A stretch of 64,000 bases of DNA from Candidatus Saccharimonadales bacterium (lineage in GTDB: Bacteria > Patescibacteriota > Saccharimonadia > QS-5-54-17). The stretch is taken from contig JBBDUI010000002.1 in the NCBI GenBank assembly GCA_040903985.1, positions 326,038 through 390,037 of the forward strand, in the 5' to 3' direction. The notes beneath the pieces were generated by a model that made no database searches, was not told the origin of the DNA, and worked only from the letters and a program-made list of their open reading frames with translations. Below, piece after piece: positions 1 to 10,309 of this stretch (position 1 is its first letter; every line of letters begins with the position of its first letter). A program made the position numbers and the translations under genes.

Positions 1-283
1 CCACCTTACCATCTAGCCGCAACGGGCGCAGACGTCTGCTCTCCCCTCTACCTTCGCGGAAAAGCCGCTCGCTATACTCTGGAGACAGGCCGACGTACTG
101 AGCATAGCTACGCAACTTACCTCGCGTATATACGTCATCACTGAGAGCGGAAGTGTCGCCCGCCTCAAGCTGGGCGATGAATTCAGTGCTGATTCCCAGG
201 GCTCGACTCACCTGCTCCGGACTTTTCTCCCGTTTCTCTCGCGCTTGCCGTAACTGTTGAGAGAGGTCGACTTTAGAGCTCAT
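1..283 (-). CDS. RodZ-like XRE helix-turn-helix protein (runs off window start)
   Basis: Not in ORF track. Manual translation from ATG at 283: MSSKVDLSQQLRQAREKREKSPEQVSRALGISTEFIAQLEAGDTSALSDDVYTRGKLRSYAQYVGL, matching the RodZ HTH pattern (LEAG...VYTRG.LRSYA.Y.GL); overlaps the ftsK stop. Confidence 0.8.
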   Translation of the reverse strand, partial: MSSKVDLSQQLRQAREKREKSPEQVSRALGISTEFIAQLEAGDTSALSDDVYTRGKLRSYAQYVGLSPEYSERLFREGRGESRRLRPLRLDGKV

Positions 284-2396
284 CGTCTCCCATAATCTCA
301 GACACATCTCTAACTAGGACGTCACGCGGACGAGAACCGTCGGGACCGGAAACGATTCCCTGTTCCTCCAGCATGTCGATCAAGCGCGCGGCGCGTGAGT
401 AACCGACCCGGAGGCGACGCTGTAGCAATGAAGCCGAAGCCTTCCCCGACTCGATGACCAGCTTAGCTGCATCCATAAATAAGTCATCATCTCCATCACC
501 GATATCACCGAGTGCGTTAGCTCCTCCGCCCAGCTTTACTTTCTGGTTCAGCACCTCATCGTTGTACTGCGGTGGTCGGGCTTCCCTTAAGAAATCAGTT
601 ACCTTACGTACTTCCTGCTCACTTATAAATACACCTTGATTACGTCGTGGCTTGATAAAATCAGGGGCAAGAAACAGCATGTCGCCATTCCCTAGCAACT
701 TTTCGGCTCCGGCCGAATCAATGATGGTTCGGGAGTCGACCTGACTAACGGTCGAGAAGCTCATCCGAGCCGGTACGTTAGCCTTAATCAAGCCAGTGAT
801 CACGTTTACACTGGGTCTCTGGGTCGCTAATACCAAGTGGATACCGGTAGCGCGCGACTTCTGCGCTAAGCGGACGATTAAGCTCTCCACATCTTGAGCG
901 GCTAGCATCATCAGGTCGGCCATCTCATCGATGACGATGACGATATATGGCATATGTTCGTCGGTTTGAGAGGAGTTGTACTCACCGATGTTACGTTTAC
1001 CCAGTTCGGCAAACACGCTATAACGCCGTTCCATCTCCGCCACGGCCCACTTCAGGGCCGAAATCGTCTTCTCCGGATCGGTGATTACCGGACTGAGTAA
1101 GTGCGGGATGTCCTTATACAAGCTCAGCTCCACCTGCTTCGGATCGACTAAAATCAGCTTTAAGTCGGCCGGCGAGTTACGATAAAGGAGACTAAGCAAA
1201 AAAGCGTTAATCATCACCGACTTACCAGAACCGGTAGCGCCGGCTACTAGCAAATGGGGCATTTTAGCCAGATCGGCCACTTCGGCATTTCCTGCCACTC
1301 CACGTCCGAGAACGAAATTAAGCGAACTCTTGGCCTGTAGCCACTCATCCGCCTGTAATATCTCTCGCAAACGAACCACAGCCGATTTCTCGTTTGGCAC
1401 CTCGATACCGACTGCACTCTTGCCAGGAATCGGGGCCTCAACTCGCAGCGATTGAGCCGCTAAGTTCAACGCCAGGTTATGCTCTAGCTCCGTAATCTTG
1501 CTCAATTTAACGCCGCTAGCCGGTCGCAATGTATATTGAGTAACGGTTGGCCCGATATTAACCTCTTCCATCTCAACGTCTACACCGAAGCTACGTAGGG
1601 TCTCTTTAATAATTTCGGCTTTCTCTTCGGGTTTTCCAGCGCTAGCCTTGCCCTGCTTATCTTCTAGTAACTCTATAGAAGGCAGTGTCCAGTCAGGGTC
1701 GTTACTGGCGGTTAGAACCTCCGGCTCAGCGGTGCTCTCCTCAATACGATTTGAACTGCTACCTGATTTAGCTAACGGTACTTTGGCATTAATCTTCATC
1801 TTAGCCGGCATATCCTCGCCTAGCTGAGAGGCGAAATCATCTCGCGTCTGGGCACTACTCGCCCGCAAGCGGCCGAATGCTGCCCAGACCTCGCTTAAGG
1901 TCACATTTGCAGCTAGCACTGCACCGATCACACTGGTAGCTACCAAAGCAATCCCAGCCCCTACCTGGCTTAACAGTGCCGCCAGGGCAACACTCATACC
2001 GAAACCGATCACTCCGCCACCGACACCCTGTCGGGCCGTTGCGAAGTCGGTCACATCACTCAAGAGGCTAAACAAGCCAGCTAGCGAAGCCACTAAGAGT
2101 AGTAAGCCACCGTAATGAATCAGATGTAACTCTCGTGTCTTAGCTAGAAACAGCCGGATAGCAGTGTAGATTAAAGCAAAAGGTAGTACATATACTACCC
2201 GGCCAAACTGCCAAGATAAGACATCGATCAGTCCATCAGTTAGACGACCACCGACAAAGAACAGCGCTACTAGCAGCAACAGACCGAGCGCCAGCACAGC
2301 TACGGCGGCGGCCTCGCGGCCAACGCCCGGCGCCAGACTGGCGGGAACCTGGGTTTTTTTAGCTTTGGATTTGGACTTTTTTGCCGACTTTGCCAT
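273..2396 (-). CDS. ftsK: DNA translocase FtsK/SpoIIIE
   Basis: N-terminal TM helices, Walker A GATGSGKS, IDEMADLM, LATQRPS, gamma domain LQRRLRVGYSRAARLID. Confidence 0.97.
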   Translation of the reverse strand: MAKSAKKSKSKAKKTQVPASLAPGVGREAAAVAVLALGLLLLVALFFVGGRLTDGLIDVLSWQFGRVVYVLPFALIYTAIRLFLAKTRELHLIHYGGLLLLVASLAGLFSLLSDVTDFATARQGVGGGVIGFGMSVALAALLSQVGAGIALVATSVIGAVLAANVTLSEVWAAFGRLRASSAQTRDDFASQLGEDMPAKMKINAKVPLAKSGSSSNRIEESTAEPEVLTASNDPDWTLPSIELLEDKQGKASAGKPEEKAEIIKETLRSFGVDVEMEEVNIGPTVTQYTLRPASGVKLSKITELEHNLALNLAAQSLRVEAPIPGKSAVGIEVPNEKSAVVRLREILQADEWLQAKSSLNFVLGRGVAGNAEVADLAKMPHLLVAGATGSGKSVMINAFLLSLLYRNSPADLKLILVDPKQVELSLYKDIPHLLSPVITDPEKTISALKWAVAEMERRYSVFAELGKRNIGEYNSSQTDEHMPYIVIVIDEMADLMMLAAQDVESLIVRLAQKSRATGIHLVLATQRPSVNVITGLIKANVPARMSFSTVSQVDSRTIIDSAGAEKLLGNGDMLFLAPDFIKPRRNQGVFISEQEVRKVTDFLREARPPQYNDEVLNQKVKLGGGANALGDIGDGDDDLFMDAAKLVIESGKASASLLQRRLRVGYSRAARLIDMLEEQGIVSGPDGSRPRDVLVRDVSEIMGDDEL

Positions 2397-2450
2397 TACT
2401 CAAGTAGTATACAGGACTTAACCTGATCGATGCACCGTAATCGCCACAGA

Positions 2451-4517
2451 TTACTGCTGATTCGAGTTGGGTGCTTTAGCCTGACTAGGCTTAGCCTGGC
2501 CAGACTGACCGTTTGGTGGAGTATTCCCGCGGTGGCGGTTACGTCCTCCCCCATTCGGACGGGACTGAGACTTACCCCCACCCCCAACCAAGTTGACTAC
2601 TGGAATTACCATTGGAGCCTTACCGGTCTCATTAAAGAGAAAGCCACTAACTTCATCGCGCAAGTTCTGTTTGAAGACTTTTAGATCACTCCGACGAATC
2701 TGCTGCTTAGTGAAATCACGCAATTGGTTACGTAGGCCGTCAAGTAGTTCACCCTGCTCCTGCATGTGGATGAAACCGCGCGAGATGATATCCGGGCTGC
2801 TTAACATCTGCTTCGACTGCTTATCGACGGTCAGTACGACCACTACTATGCCGTCCTCGCCCATGAGCAGACGGTCCTTAATCACTAAGTTCGGCACAAC
2901 CGAGCCGGTCTGATCGACCAGTACCGTACCGGCCGGGACATGACCGTCTCGGTTCAGCTGGCCAGAATCGTTAAACTCAAGTACGTCACCGTTATCGATT
3001 AGTACGACCTGCTCCCGAGTGTAACCGGCGCTTTCGGCGATACTGACGTAACGTTGGCGGTGGAAATACGGACCATGATTCGGCATGATGTACTTCGGCT
3101 TGGTCATCTCAATCATCTGTTTAAGCTCATCTCGGTTACCATGACCGGAAACGTGCAATGGACCACAACCGTCGAGTTCGTGAGTTCGGTGACGGTAAAC
3201 GCTAGCACCCAGCCGCATCAGACGATCGACATTTTTCGCCACTGCCACTTCGTTACCGGGGATTGGGTTTGAGCTTAAGATCACGGTGTCGCCCTCTTTG
3301 AGCTTGATGTGGTTGTGATCGCCATAAGACATTCGCTGCAGGGCGGCGTTAGGTTCACCCTGAGAACCGGTGCAGATAATGGTCACCTCACGATCATCGA
3401 CGTTGGCGATGTCTTTCATGGCCACGATCGTACCCTGAGGAATCTTCATATAGCCCAACTTGAAGGCAAGCTCGACGGTGGCTAGCATACTGCGGCCATC
3501 GATGGCGACACGGCGGCCGCTTTCAACGGAAGCGTTAATGATCATCTGCATACGGTTAATATTACTGGAGAATGTCGAGACCAGTACTCGCCCGCTGGAC
3601 TGATGCAAAATGTCATGGAAGCTCTTCTCTAGAGTGTGTTCCGTCTCGGTACGTCCTGGGCTCTCGGTATTGGTGCTCTCAGCCATCAATAGCAATACAC
3701 CTTCACGGCCCAACTCCTCTAATCGACTAATGTCAGACGGGTGGTGATCCAGTGGTTCTGGATCGAGCCGGAAGTCACCAGTGTGGATAATGCGACCAAC
3801 TGGAGTATCTATCACTACCGCGGTACAGTCCGGAATCGAGTGAGTAACGCGTACCAGTTCGATGAAGAAGGGTCCAACCTTCAGCTTCTCATGGTTGTCG
3901 ATATTCATCGCCACTGTCTCTGGTACAAAATCTAACTCGAGGTCACTGTCTTTAATCTGTTTCTCCACCATACCGACGGTAAAGGTAGAGCCGTAAACCG
4001 GGGCCGGGATCTTCGGTATCACAAACGGAGTAGCTCCAATGTGGTCTAGGTGGCCATGAGTAAAGACATAGCCGCGTACCTTGTGTTTAATCGACTCTAA
4101 GTAGGTAATGTCCGGGATGCCGTAGTTAATGCCCGGCAGATCCAGTCCGAGGGCAAATCCACAGTCGACTACGATAGCATCATCGCCGTACTCGATTACG
4201 TTCATGTTGTTGTTACCGACCTCATCTTGACCGCCTAGTGGAGTCACTTTTAGCTTCGGTGTGCCCTCATCAAGCTGATTGGCCTGTTTCTGACGCATAG
4301 CTAATCGAGCACGGTCAGCATCGGTTACGACATCATCAAACAGCGCATTACGGTGGGCATCGTCTTGATTACGACGCACCTCACGTTCGGCTGCTCGGGC
4401 ATTACGCCGTGAATTGTGTGGCTTGCTGTTGGCCGATGACTGATTCTGCGGCCGACGATTCCGACCACGATTCCGATTTTGGTTATTGTTATTGTTCTTC
4501 TTATTTTCTTCTGACAT
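2451..4517 (-). CDS. rnj: Ribonuclease J with disordered N- and C-terminal extensions
   Basis: Metallo-beta-lactamase THGHLDHIG, HSIPD, TGDF, beta-CASP GSQGEP, HVSGH. Confidence 0.96.
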   Translation of the reverse strand: MSEENKKNNNNNQNRNRGRNRRPQNQSSANSKPHNSRRNARAAEREVRRNQDDAHRNALFDDVVTDADRARLAMRQKQANQLDEGTPKLKVTPLGGQDEVGNNNMNVIEYGDDAIVVDCGFALGLDLPGINYGIPDITYLESIKHKVRGYVFTHGHLDHIGATPFVIPKIPAPVYGSTFTVGMVEKQIKDSDLELDFVPETVAMNIDNHEKLKVGPFFIELVRVTHSIPDCTAVVIDTPVGRIIHTGDFRLDPEPLDHHPSDISRLEELGREGVLLLMAESTNTESPGRTETEHTLEKSFHDILHQSSGRVLVSTFSSNINRMQMIINASVESGRRVAIDGRSMLATVELAFKLGYMKIPQGTIVAMKDIANVDDREVTIICTGSQGEPNAALQRMSYGDHNHIKLKEGDTVILSSNPIPGNEVAVAKNVDRLMRLGASVYRHRTHELDGCGPLHVSGHGNRDELKQMIEMTKPKYIMPNHGPYFHRQRYVSIAESAGYTREQVVLIDNGDVLEFNDSGQLNRDGHVPAGTVLVDQTGSVVPNLVIKDRLLMGEDGIVVVVLTVDKQSKQMLSSPDIISRGFIHMQEQGELLDGLRNQLRDFTKQQIRRSDLKVFKQNLRDEVSGFLFNETGKAPMVIPVVNLVGGGGKSQSRPNGGGRNRHRGNTPPNGQSGQAKPSQAKAPNSNQQ

Positions 4518-4545
4518 AGTTTATGTCTCCTTATTATATAATTGG

Positions 4546-5178
4546 TTAATTAGTTAATAATTCTAAAATTTGGGGTATCTGGGCAAAGTCATCCAGTAAG
4601 GTTTGCCGCTGAGCGCCGTTATACAGTGCAGCGGCAGGATGATATAGCGGCAAAAGGACTACTCGCCCATCAGCTAAGAGGTCTGACTCTAGCTGCATGG
4701 GCTTGACGTCACCCGCACCGGACTCCATCAGCTTAACGCTTTGCGGTTGCCCGTGAATGTGGCCGATAGTTTCGTTCGGCAAGAACACATTCATAGGAAA
4801 CCGTCCGAGAGTGACTACTAACTTCGGCTGAATGATTTCCAGCTGCCGAGCCAGATACGGCATAAAGGCCGCCACTTCAGCCGGAGCAGGATCTCGGTTG
4901 TCTGGCGGACGATACTTTACAATGTTAGTAATGTAGATATCATCCCGGGCTAAATTAACCGAGTCCAGCATTACGTCTAGGAATTTTCCAGCTGCGCCAA
5001 CAAATGGCTGACCACTCTCATCTTCGCGCTTACCGGGTGCTTCACCGATGAAAACGGTGCTGGCATCGGGATTGCCGGCACCCATGACTAACTGTTGGGC
5101 CGTAGCCCGTAACTCAGCAGTAGTACCACTGGTCTCAATATCTCGGGCCAAAGTATTTAACTGAAGTGTCTTATCCAT
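4546..5178 (-). CDS. Uracil-DNA glycosylase, family 4 type
   Basis: GEAPG, PFVG.AG, KYRPP.NR.P, YHPAA motifs; start uncertain (5178 or 5202). Confidence 0.9.
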   Translation of the reverse strand: MDKTLQLNTLARDIETSGTTAELRATAQQLVMGAGNPDASTVFIGEAPGKREDESGQPFVGAAGKFLDVMLDSVNLARDDIYITNIVKYRPPDNRDPAPAEVAAFMPYLARQLEIIQPKLVVTLGRFPMNVFLPNETIGHIHGQPQSVKLMESGAGDVKPMQLESDLLADGRVVLLPLYHPAAALYNGAQRQTLLDDFAQIPQILELLTN

Positions 5179-5250
5179 AGTTACAAACGGCATAGCTAGC
5201 ACCGTGAAGCTACTGCCGCGACTGCTAAGTCGAGCCTAGCTCTCCGGTTG

Positions 5251-7374
5251 CTACTCATCGGCAGCTTTCTTGCTTAGCTTGAGGCGACCCATGTCGTCGA
5301 TACCGATTAGTTTGACGCGAATCGAATCGCCCTCACTAACCTCATCTTCTACCCGCTCAATTCGGTGATCGGCAAACTCGGAAATATGCACGAGTCCATC
5401 CTTGCCAGGCATGATCTCAACGAAAGCACCGAAGTCCATGATCTTCACCACCTTACCATCGTAGACGGTGCCGATCTCCGGATCCTCAGTTAGACCACGG
5501 ATCAACTCGATCGCCTTCTCAGCTCCAGCTGCATTACCGGTCTCTGCCGCTACCAGAACTAAACCGTCATCTTTAATATCGATCTGAGCCCCGGTTTCGT
5601 CAATGATGCCGTTAATCGTCTCGCCGCCCTTGCCGATGACGGTCCGAATCTTATCTGGACTGATCTTAACCGTCAAGATACGCGGCGCATTCTGGTTAAG
5701 CTCGGGTCTAGGGGCCTCTAGTACGCTTAGCATATGGTCGAGGATATGAGCTCGACCAGCTTTAGCTTGGGTTAAAGCCTCGCTCATGATCTGAGGTGTA
5801 ATACCTTTAACCTTGATATCCATCTGCAGCGCTGTAATGCCCTCACTAGTTCCAGCCACCTTGAAGTCCATATCACCGGCGAAGTCCTCGGCACCAGCGA
5901 TATCAGAGAGAATCTTATACTCCCCGTCTTCGCCCTTCATCAATCCCATAGCGATACCGGAAACCGGTCGCTTCAGCGGTACACCGGCGTCCATCATACT
6001 CAGTGTCGCACTGCAGACACTAGCCATCGACGTCGAACCGTTACTAGTAGTAATCTCTGAGACGCTACGGATTACGTAAGGGAAGTCTTCCTGAGAAGGA
6101 ATCATCGGGTCCAGTGCTCGTTCAGCTAAGGCACCGTGACCGATCTCCCGCCGACCAGGTGTGCGCATCGGGCTCACCTCACCGACCGAGTAACCGGGAA
6201 AATTGTAATGATGCAGGAAGTGCTTTTCGCGATCTTCTTCCATAGTGTCAATCATGAGAGCAAAACTCGACGAGGCCAGGGTAGTAATATTCAGCGCCTG
6301 GGTGCTACCTCTAGTAAAGAGAGCTGAGCCGTGAGTTCGAGGCAGTACCCCTACTTGGGAGCTAAGCGGTCGAACTTCATCAGTTTGGCGATTATCCGGA
6401 CGAGCGCCTTCCTCTAGAATAGCCCGCCGGACTTCACGCTTAATGGCAGCCTCAAAGCTCTCCGACACGTGAGCTCGTTCGTAACGATCGGCATGCGTAC
6501 TAGCAAAGTGCTCGATCACTTCCTCTCTCAGGTTCTCTACTGCCCGGTGCCGCGCATAGTGACTTTCGTGACGAACGGCTGGGCCTAATCGATCGCGCAA
6601 AAACTTACTCATCTCATCTTCCAACTCAGTATCATCCTCATGGACCTCATACTTCATAGTAGTCACTTCCATCTGCTGGGCCAGATCCTGCTGTAGCTTA
6701 ATCACTGGCTGCATAGCCTGATGGGCCAGCTCTAGAGCCTCACTCATCGTGGCTTCATCTACTTCGTCGGCGGCTGCCTCTACCATCATGATAGCTTCGC
6801 TTGTTCCGGCTACGGTCAGCTCGAGATCACTCTCATCCATCTGCTTGTTAGTCGGATATGGCACTAACTTGCCGTCGATCAAACCTACCTTCACCCCGGC
6901 AATCGGTCCGGCAAAAGGAGCTCCACTGAGCGTGAGAGCACTAGAGATCGCGATCATAGCCAGAATGTCGGTACTGTGCTCCATATCGGCACTCAACACA
7001 GTAGCTACGCCCTGAACATCATGACGGAAGCCTTTCGGAAACAGGGGTCGAATTGGTCGGTCGATCAACCGCGCCGTTAAAGTGGCGGCCTCACTAGGGC
7101 GACCTTCCCGCTTAACGTAACGTGAACCGGATATCTTACCGGTAGCGTACATCTTCTCCTCATAATCAATTAGTAGCGGGAAAAAATCAATGCCATCCCG
7201 TACCTTGTTCGACACTACGGCCGTCCCCATGATGACAGTATCACCATATCGAACCGTAACTGCACCATCGGCTAGAAAGGCCATATGTCCGGTCTCGATC
7301 GTCAGTGTCTTACCACAAAACTCGGTCTCGACTTTTAGTTGTTTTCCGTTAAATGGGTGGATAATTGTATCCAT
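5251..7374 (-). CDS. pnp: Polyribonucleotide nucleotidyltransferase (PNPase)
   Basis: Two RNase PH domains (RREIGHG, SNGSTSMAS, GDMDFKVAG), KH (IGKGG) and S1 domains. Confidence 0.98.
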   Translation of the reverse strand: MDTIIHPFNGKQLKVETEFCGKTLTIETGHMAFLADGAVTVRYGDTVIMGTAVVSNKVRDGIDFFPLLIDYEEKMYATGKISGSRYVKREGRPSEAATLTARLIDRPIRPLFPKGFRHDVQGVATVLSADMEHSTDILAMIAISSALTLSGAPFAGPIAGVKVGLIDGKLVPYPTNKQMDESDLELTVAGTSEAIMMVEAAADEVDEATMSEALELAHQAMQPVIKLQQDLAQQMEVTTMKYEVHEDDTELEDEMSKFLRDRLGPAVRHESHYARHRAVENLREEVIEHFASTHADRYERAHVSESFEAAIKREVRRAILEEGARPDNRQTDEVRPLSSQVGVLPRTHGSALFTRGSTQALNITTLASSSFALMIDTMEEDREKHFLHHYNFPGYSVGEVSPMRTPGRREIGHGALAERALDPMIPSQEDFPYVIRSVSEITTSNGSTSMASVCSATLSMMDAGVPLKRPVSGIAMGLMKGEDGEYKILSDIAGAEDFAGDMDFKVAGTSEGITALQMDIKVKGITPQIMSEALTQAKAGRAHILDHMLSVLEAPRPELNQNAPRILTVKISPDKIRTVIGKGGETINGIIDETGAQIDIKDDGLVLVAAETGNAAGAEKAIELIRGLTEDPEIGTVYDGKVVKIMDFGAFVEIMPGKDGLVHISEFADHRIERVEDEVSEGDSIRVKLIGIDDMGRLKLSKKAADE

Positions 7375-7397
7375 AGACTCCTTTGCTTACCACATAT

Positions 7398-7564
7398 GAG
7401 GCAGGGTACAGACATCGCTTTATAAAAAGCATGGCTGTTGCACTACCTCAACCTGGATAAATTAATTTATTAACACTTACGATGACTCCTCTACACTTCG
7501 TCATCCTAAAACTGTTTCAGGGGTGAATCAGCTCAGCCTAAGCTGAAACAGATCCAGAATGACG
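7398..7564 (-). promoter_or_regulatory. Two long stem-loops in the rpsO-pnp intergenic leader
   Basis: Imperfect inverted repeats at 7499-7564 (CGTCATTCTGGATCTGTTTCAG...CTGAAACAGTTTTAGGATGACG on minus) and 7398-7449 (GAGGTAG..ACAG..GCTTT/AAAGC..CTGT..CTGCCTC). Confidence 0.55.
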
Positions 7565-7565
7565 C

Positions 7566-7832
7566 TTAGCGACGAAGGCCTAGCTTCTTCACAATCTTCT
7601 GGTAGCTATCAACATCTTTACGCTTGAGATAGTCGAGCAGACGGCGGCGCTTACCTACCATCTGTAGCAGGCCGCGGCGGGAGTGACGATCCTTCTTGTG
7701 AATCTTAAGGTGTTCGGTCAGAGACTGAATACGCTCGGTAAGAATACCTACCTGCACCTGAGGAGAACCGGTATCGGTCTTGTGGGTGCCCAGCTCTTGG
7801 ACAATTTGTTGTTTCTTCTTATTCTCTAACAT
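7566..7832 (-). CDS. rpsO: 30S ribosomal protein S15
   Basis: [25 protein letters not shown]; likely start MLENKK at 7832. Confidence 0.97.
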   Translation of the reverse strand: MLENKKKQQIVQELGTHKTDTGSPQVQVGILTERIQSLTEHLKIHKKDRHSRRGLLQMVGKRRRLLDYLKRKDVDSYQKIVKKLGLRR

Positions 7833-7975
7833 TGCTCTTTCATAGTACCAATTATTACGACTTGCAACAATAACACAGCGCACTGAAACGGCGCAACTAG
7901 TCTGTTATCTTACCCTGTTATCCCGGTGGGCTCCGGTAAGTTATTAATTTACTATAACTAAGAATGCTATATTTG

Positions 7976-8710
7976 TCAAATAAATGCCTGCTCTAGAGGA
8001 ATGATCTGGCGTCGCAACTCCTCGGCCGTCAGTTGGGGCGAAACCGCCGTCGCCACACTCCACTCACCAATTGCAGTCCGGCGCAGACTGCTCAGGTAGC
8101 CCCCCACCCCTAAACCAGCTCCGATATCACGCGCCAAGCTGCGAATATAGGTACCGCTCGATACATGTACATTAAAACCAAGGCGGGGGTAGTGATAACT
8201 GATACCACTGATTTCATGCACGATAACCGGGCGCGGGTGCAATTCCACCGGTTCTCCCCGTCGCGCCAGCTTATAGGCACGCTGGCCATCGATCTTAATC
8301 GCCGAGTGCTGGGGTGGTAGCTGTGTAATGGGGCCGCGGAAACGCTGCAGCACCGTCTCTACATCGGCCAAGGTAGGCGGCTGTGCTCGCCCAGTAGCTA
8401 GATCAGTAGTGATCTTCCCTTCGGCGTCGTCGGTACTACTGATAGCTCCCAGAGTCATCTCGGCCGTGTACCACTTATCGAGCTTCATAAAGTCGGCCTG
8501 CGCCTTAGTGGCCTTCCCGACTAAAACGATTAAAAGACCGGTCGCCATAGGATCCAGTGTTCCGGCGTGGCCAACTCGAAACTTTACTGCTCTATCGAGA
8601 TCGGCAGGCTGACTGGTTTGCCATAACGAACGCAGAGATGATCGGATCTTCCCGACCACATCGTGTGAGGTCCAGCTCTCGGGCTTATCTACTAGAAGTA
8701 TGCCATCCAT
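7976..8710 (-). CDS. truB: tRNA pseudouridine(55) synthase
   Basis: DKP..WTSHDVV, VGHAGTLDPMATG, SSGTYIRSLARD. Confidence 0.96.
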   Translation of the reverse strand: MDGILLVDKPESWTSHDVVGKIRSSLRSLWQTSQPADLDRAVKFRVGHAGTLDPMATGLLIVLVGKATKAQADFMKLDKWYTAEMTLGAISSTDDAEGKITTDLATGRAQPPTLADVETVLQRFRGPITQLPPQHSAIKIDGQRAYKLARRGEPVELHPRPVIVHEISGISYHYPRLGFNVHVSSGTYIRSLARDIGAGLGVGGYLSSLRRTAIGEWSVATAVSPQLTAEELRRQIIPLEQAFI

Positions 8711-8749
8711 AACTCCTAGGGTATAGGGTTTGTGTCCGACGGGCTAGAC

Positions 8750-10186
8750 TCAAACTCCCGCCGGTGGCGGTGGTGGCTGATTAGCGGCTGGAGCTTGGCC
8801 ACCTTGATGCGCCTGCTCGACCGCCTTACGGGCGGCTTCCAGCTCGGCACCTAAATCAGGCGCCTCCGGGTTAGGAGCGGTAGGACCAGTCTGAGCGGTA
8901 TCGCCAATATCATTAATGTTGGGTGGTGGAGTGGGTGGCGGTGGCTGGATCACCTTCTCGCCATGCTGAGGCTGATCAGTCGGTCCTTGGGTACCTCCAC
9001 CCTGATGAGCTGGTCCATCAATACTGGGCGTCGGTGGGTTGGGTTGCAATGGTGGGGCTAGTTGTCCGCCTATACTGTGACCCATAGCGGGAAAGCCAGG
9101 ATTAGGTGGTGAGGATGGTGGCGATATCGGCGGGGTAATCGGAGTTGGAGCTGACGGTGGTGGCTGAACGGCAGTAGGCTCCGGCTTGGGTGGTGCAGGC
9201 GGCGGTGTTGGCTCAGGTGGTTGAGTAACAACCGACTCTGGCTCAGGTGAAAGAGTAAATCCTTCACTACTGGCTGGCGTTGGCTGAGTATGACGAATCT
9301 GGAACTCATTCGACGGTACCTCAGAAGGTTTAGGCGGCTGCTCTTGATCGTGCTTACCCTCTTTAGTCTCGTCTGATGCCTTAGCTGTAGACGATTTAGA
9401 CGCTGAACTGTGTGGCTTTGGGTGAGTTACCGGGGCAGATAGACGCTTCACCACCTCGGCCTGATTAGCTCCGGCCGCTAGCAGCTGTGCCGCCATAGTC
9501 ATAACTTTCGGAGTAGTAGCACTGTTAGTAAAATGCTCCGTCTTGTCCACGATACCGGTGAAGAGTGCGGTAGCAATATCTTTATCTACCATGCCACTAC
9601 CTAGTGCTTCGGACATACTCATCACCATCTCACAAATCGAACTCGCACTCGGATCGTTCCAGCTTAACGCCTCCCCTGCTTCACTACTAGTCGTGATAAA
9701 GGCAAACTTAGCATTTTGGGTTAGCTTCTGCTCTTTAGTTACAGCTGGATCGAGTTGACTCGGGTTGGTAGCTCCTAGTCCGATGATAACGTCACAATGA
9801 TAATCCCCATAACTAAAGCCGACATCACTAGCACTATACACGCCATTATAAGGAGTAATGTATATCTTTAATTTTCCACCCTCAGTTACATATTTAAGAT
9901 GGTCGGCCTCAGTGCGCGATTGATCGACTTCGATAACGAAGTCGCGTTGACCTTGTAGTTTATCATTAACAAGTTTTACTGGAAGGAAGTCGAGCTGACT
10001 CGGCACAGGAGTCGCGATGACTATCTCTGCCACCTTCTCTAACTTCATTAGTAATAAATGCAGTCCTATGGCAGCTGCGATTTCATCTCGACCAGGATTT
10101 TTCGCGGTCGTAATAACAACACTTTCTGCACCGCGTAACGCCTCAGTTAGCTGTTGTTTTGGAGAGGGCTGTCCATTGTTATCCAT
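8750..10186 (-). CDS. Degenerate DHH/NrnA-family protein with Pro-rich C-terminal tail
   Basis: DHH-fold remnants (ASSICEMV, IATALFTGIVDKTEHF, LLAAGA); catalytic HxxPDxD and DHH motifs missing. Confidence 0.7.
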   Translation of the reverse strand: MDNNGQPSPKQQLTEALRGAESVVITTAKNPGRDEIAAAIGLHLLLMKLEKVAEIVIATPVPSQLDFLPVKLVNDKLQGQRDFVIEVDQSRTEADHLKYVTEGGKLKIYITPYNGVYSASDVGFSYGDYHCDVIIGLGATNPSQLDPAVTKEQKLTQNAKFAFITTSSEAGEALSWNDPSASSICEMVMSMSEALGSGMVDKDIATALFTGIVDKTEHFTNSATTPKVMTMAAQLLAAGANQAEVVKRLSAPVTHPKPHSSASKSSTAKASDETKEGKHDQEQPPKPSEVPSNEFQIRHTQPTPASSEGFTLSPEPESVVTQPPEPTPPPAPPKPEPTAVQPPPSAPTPITPPISPPSSPPNPGFPAMGHSIGGQLAPPLQPNPPTPSIDGPAHQGGGTQGPTDQPQHGEKVIQPPPPTPPPNINDIGDTAQTGPTAPNPEAPDLGAELEAARKAVEQAHQGGQAPAANQPPPPPAGV

Positions 10187-10234
10187 AATTCTTACGCTAC
10201 GCTAACCATCCCTGTTTTGTCAAACCTACAACAC

Positions 10235-10263
10235 TTTACAAGCCGCCCACCCTTAGCTATAGT
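10235..10263 (+). promoter_or_regulatory. sigma70-type promoter of rpsT
   Basis: TTTACA-17 nt-TATAGT; a divergent TTGACA (10218-10223, minus) serves the DHH gene. Confidence 0.55.
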
Positions 10264-10309
10264 CTAACTTTGAATTTATCGAGCAATAAGCCAAGGGAGC
10301 TAGAAGCAT

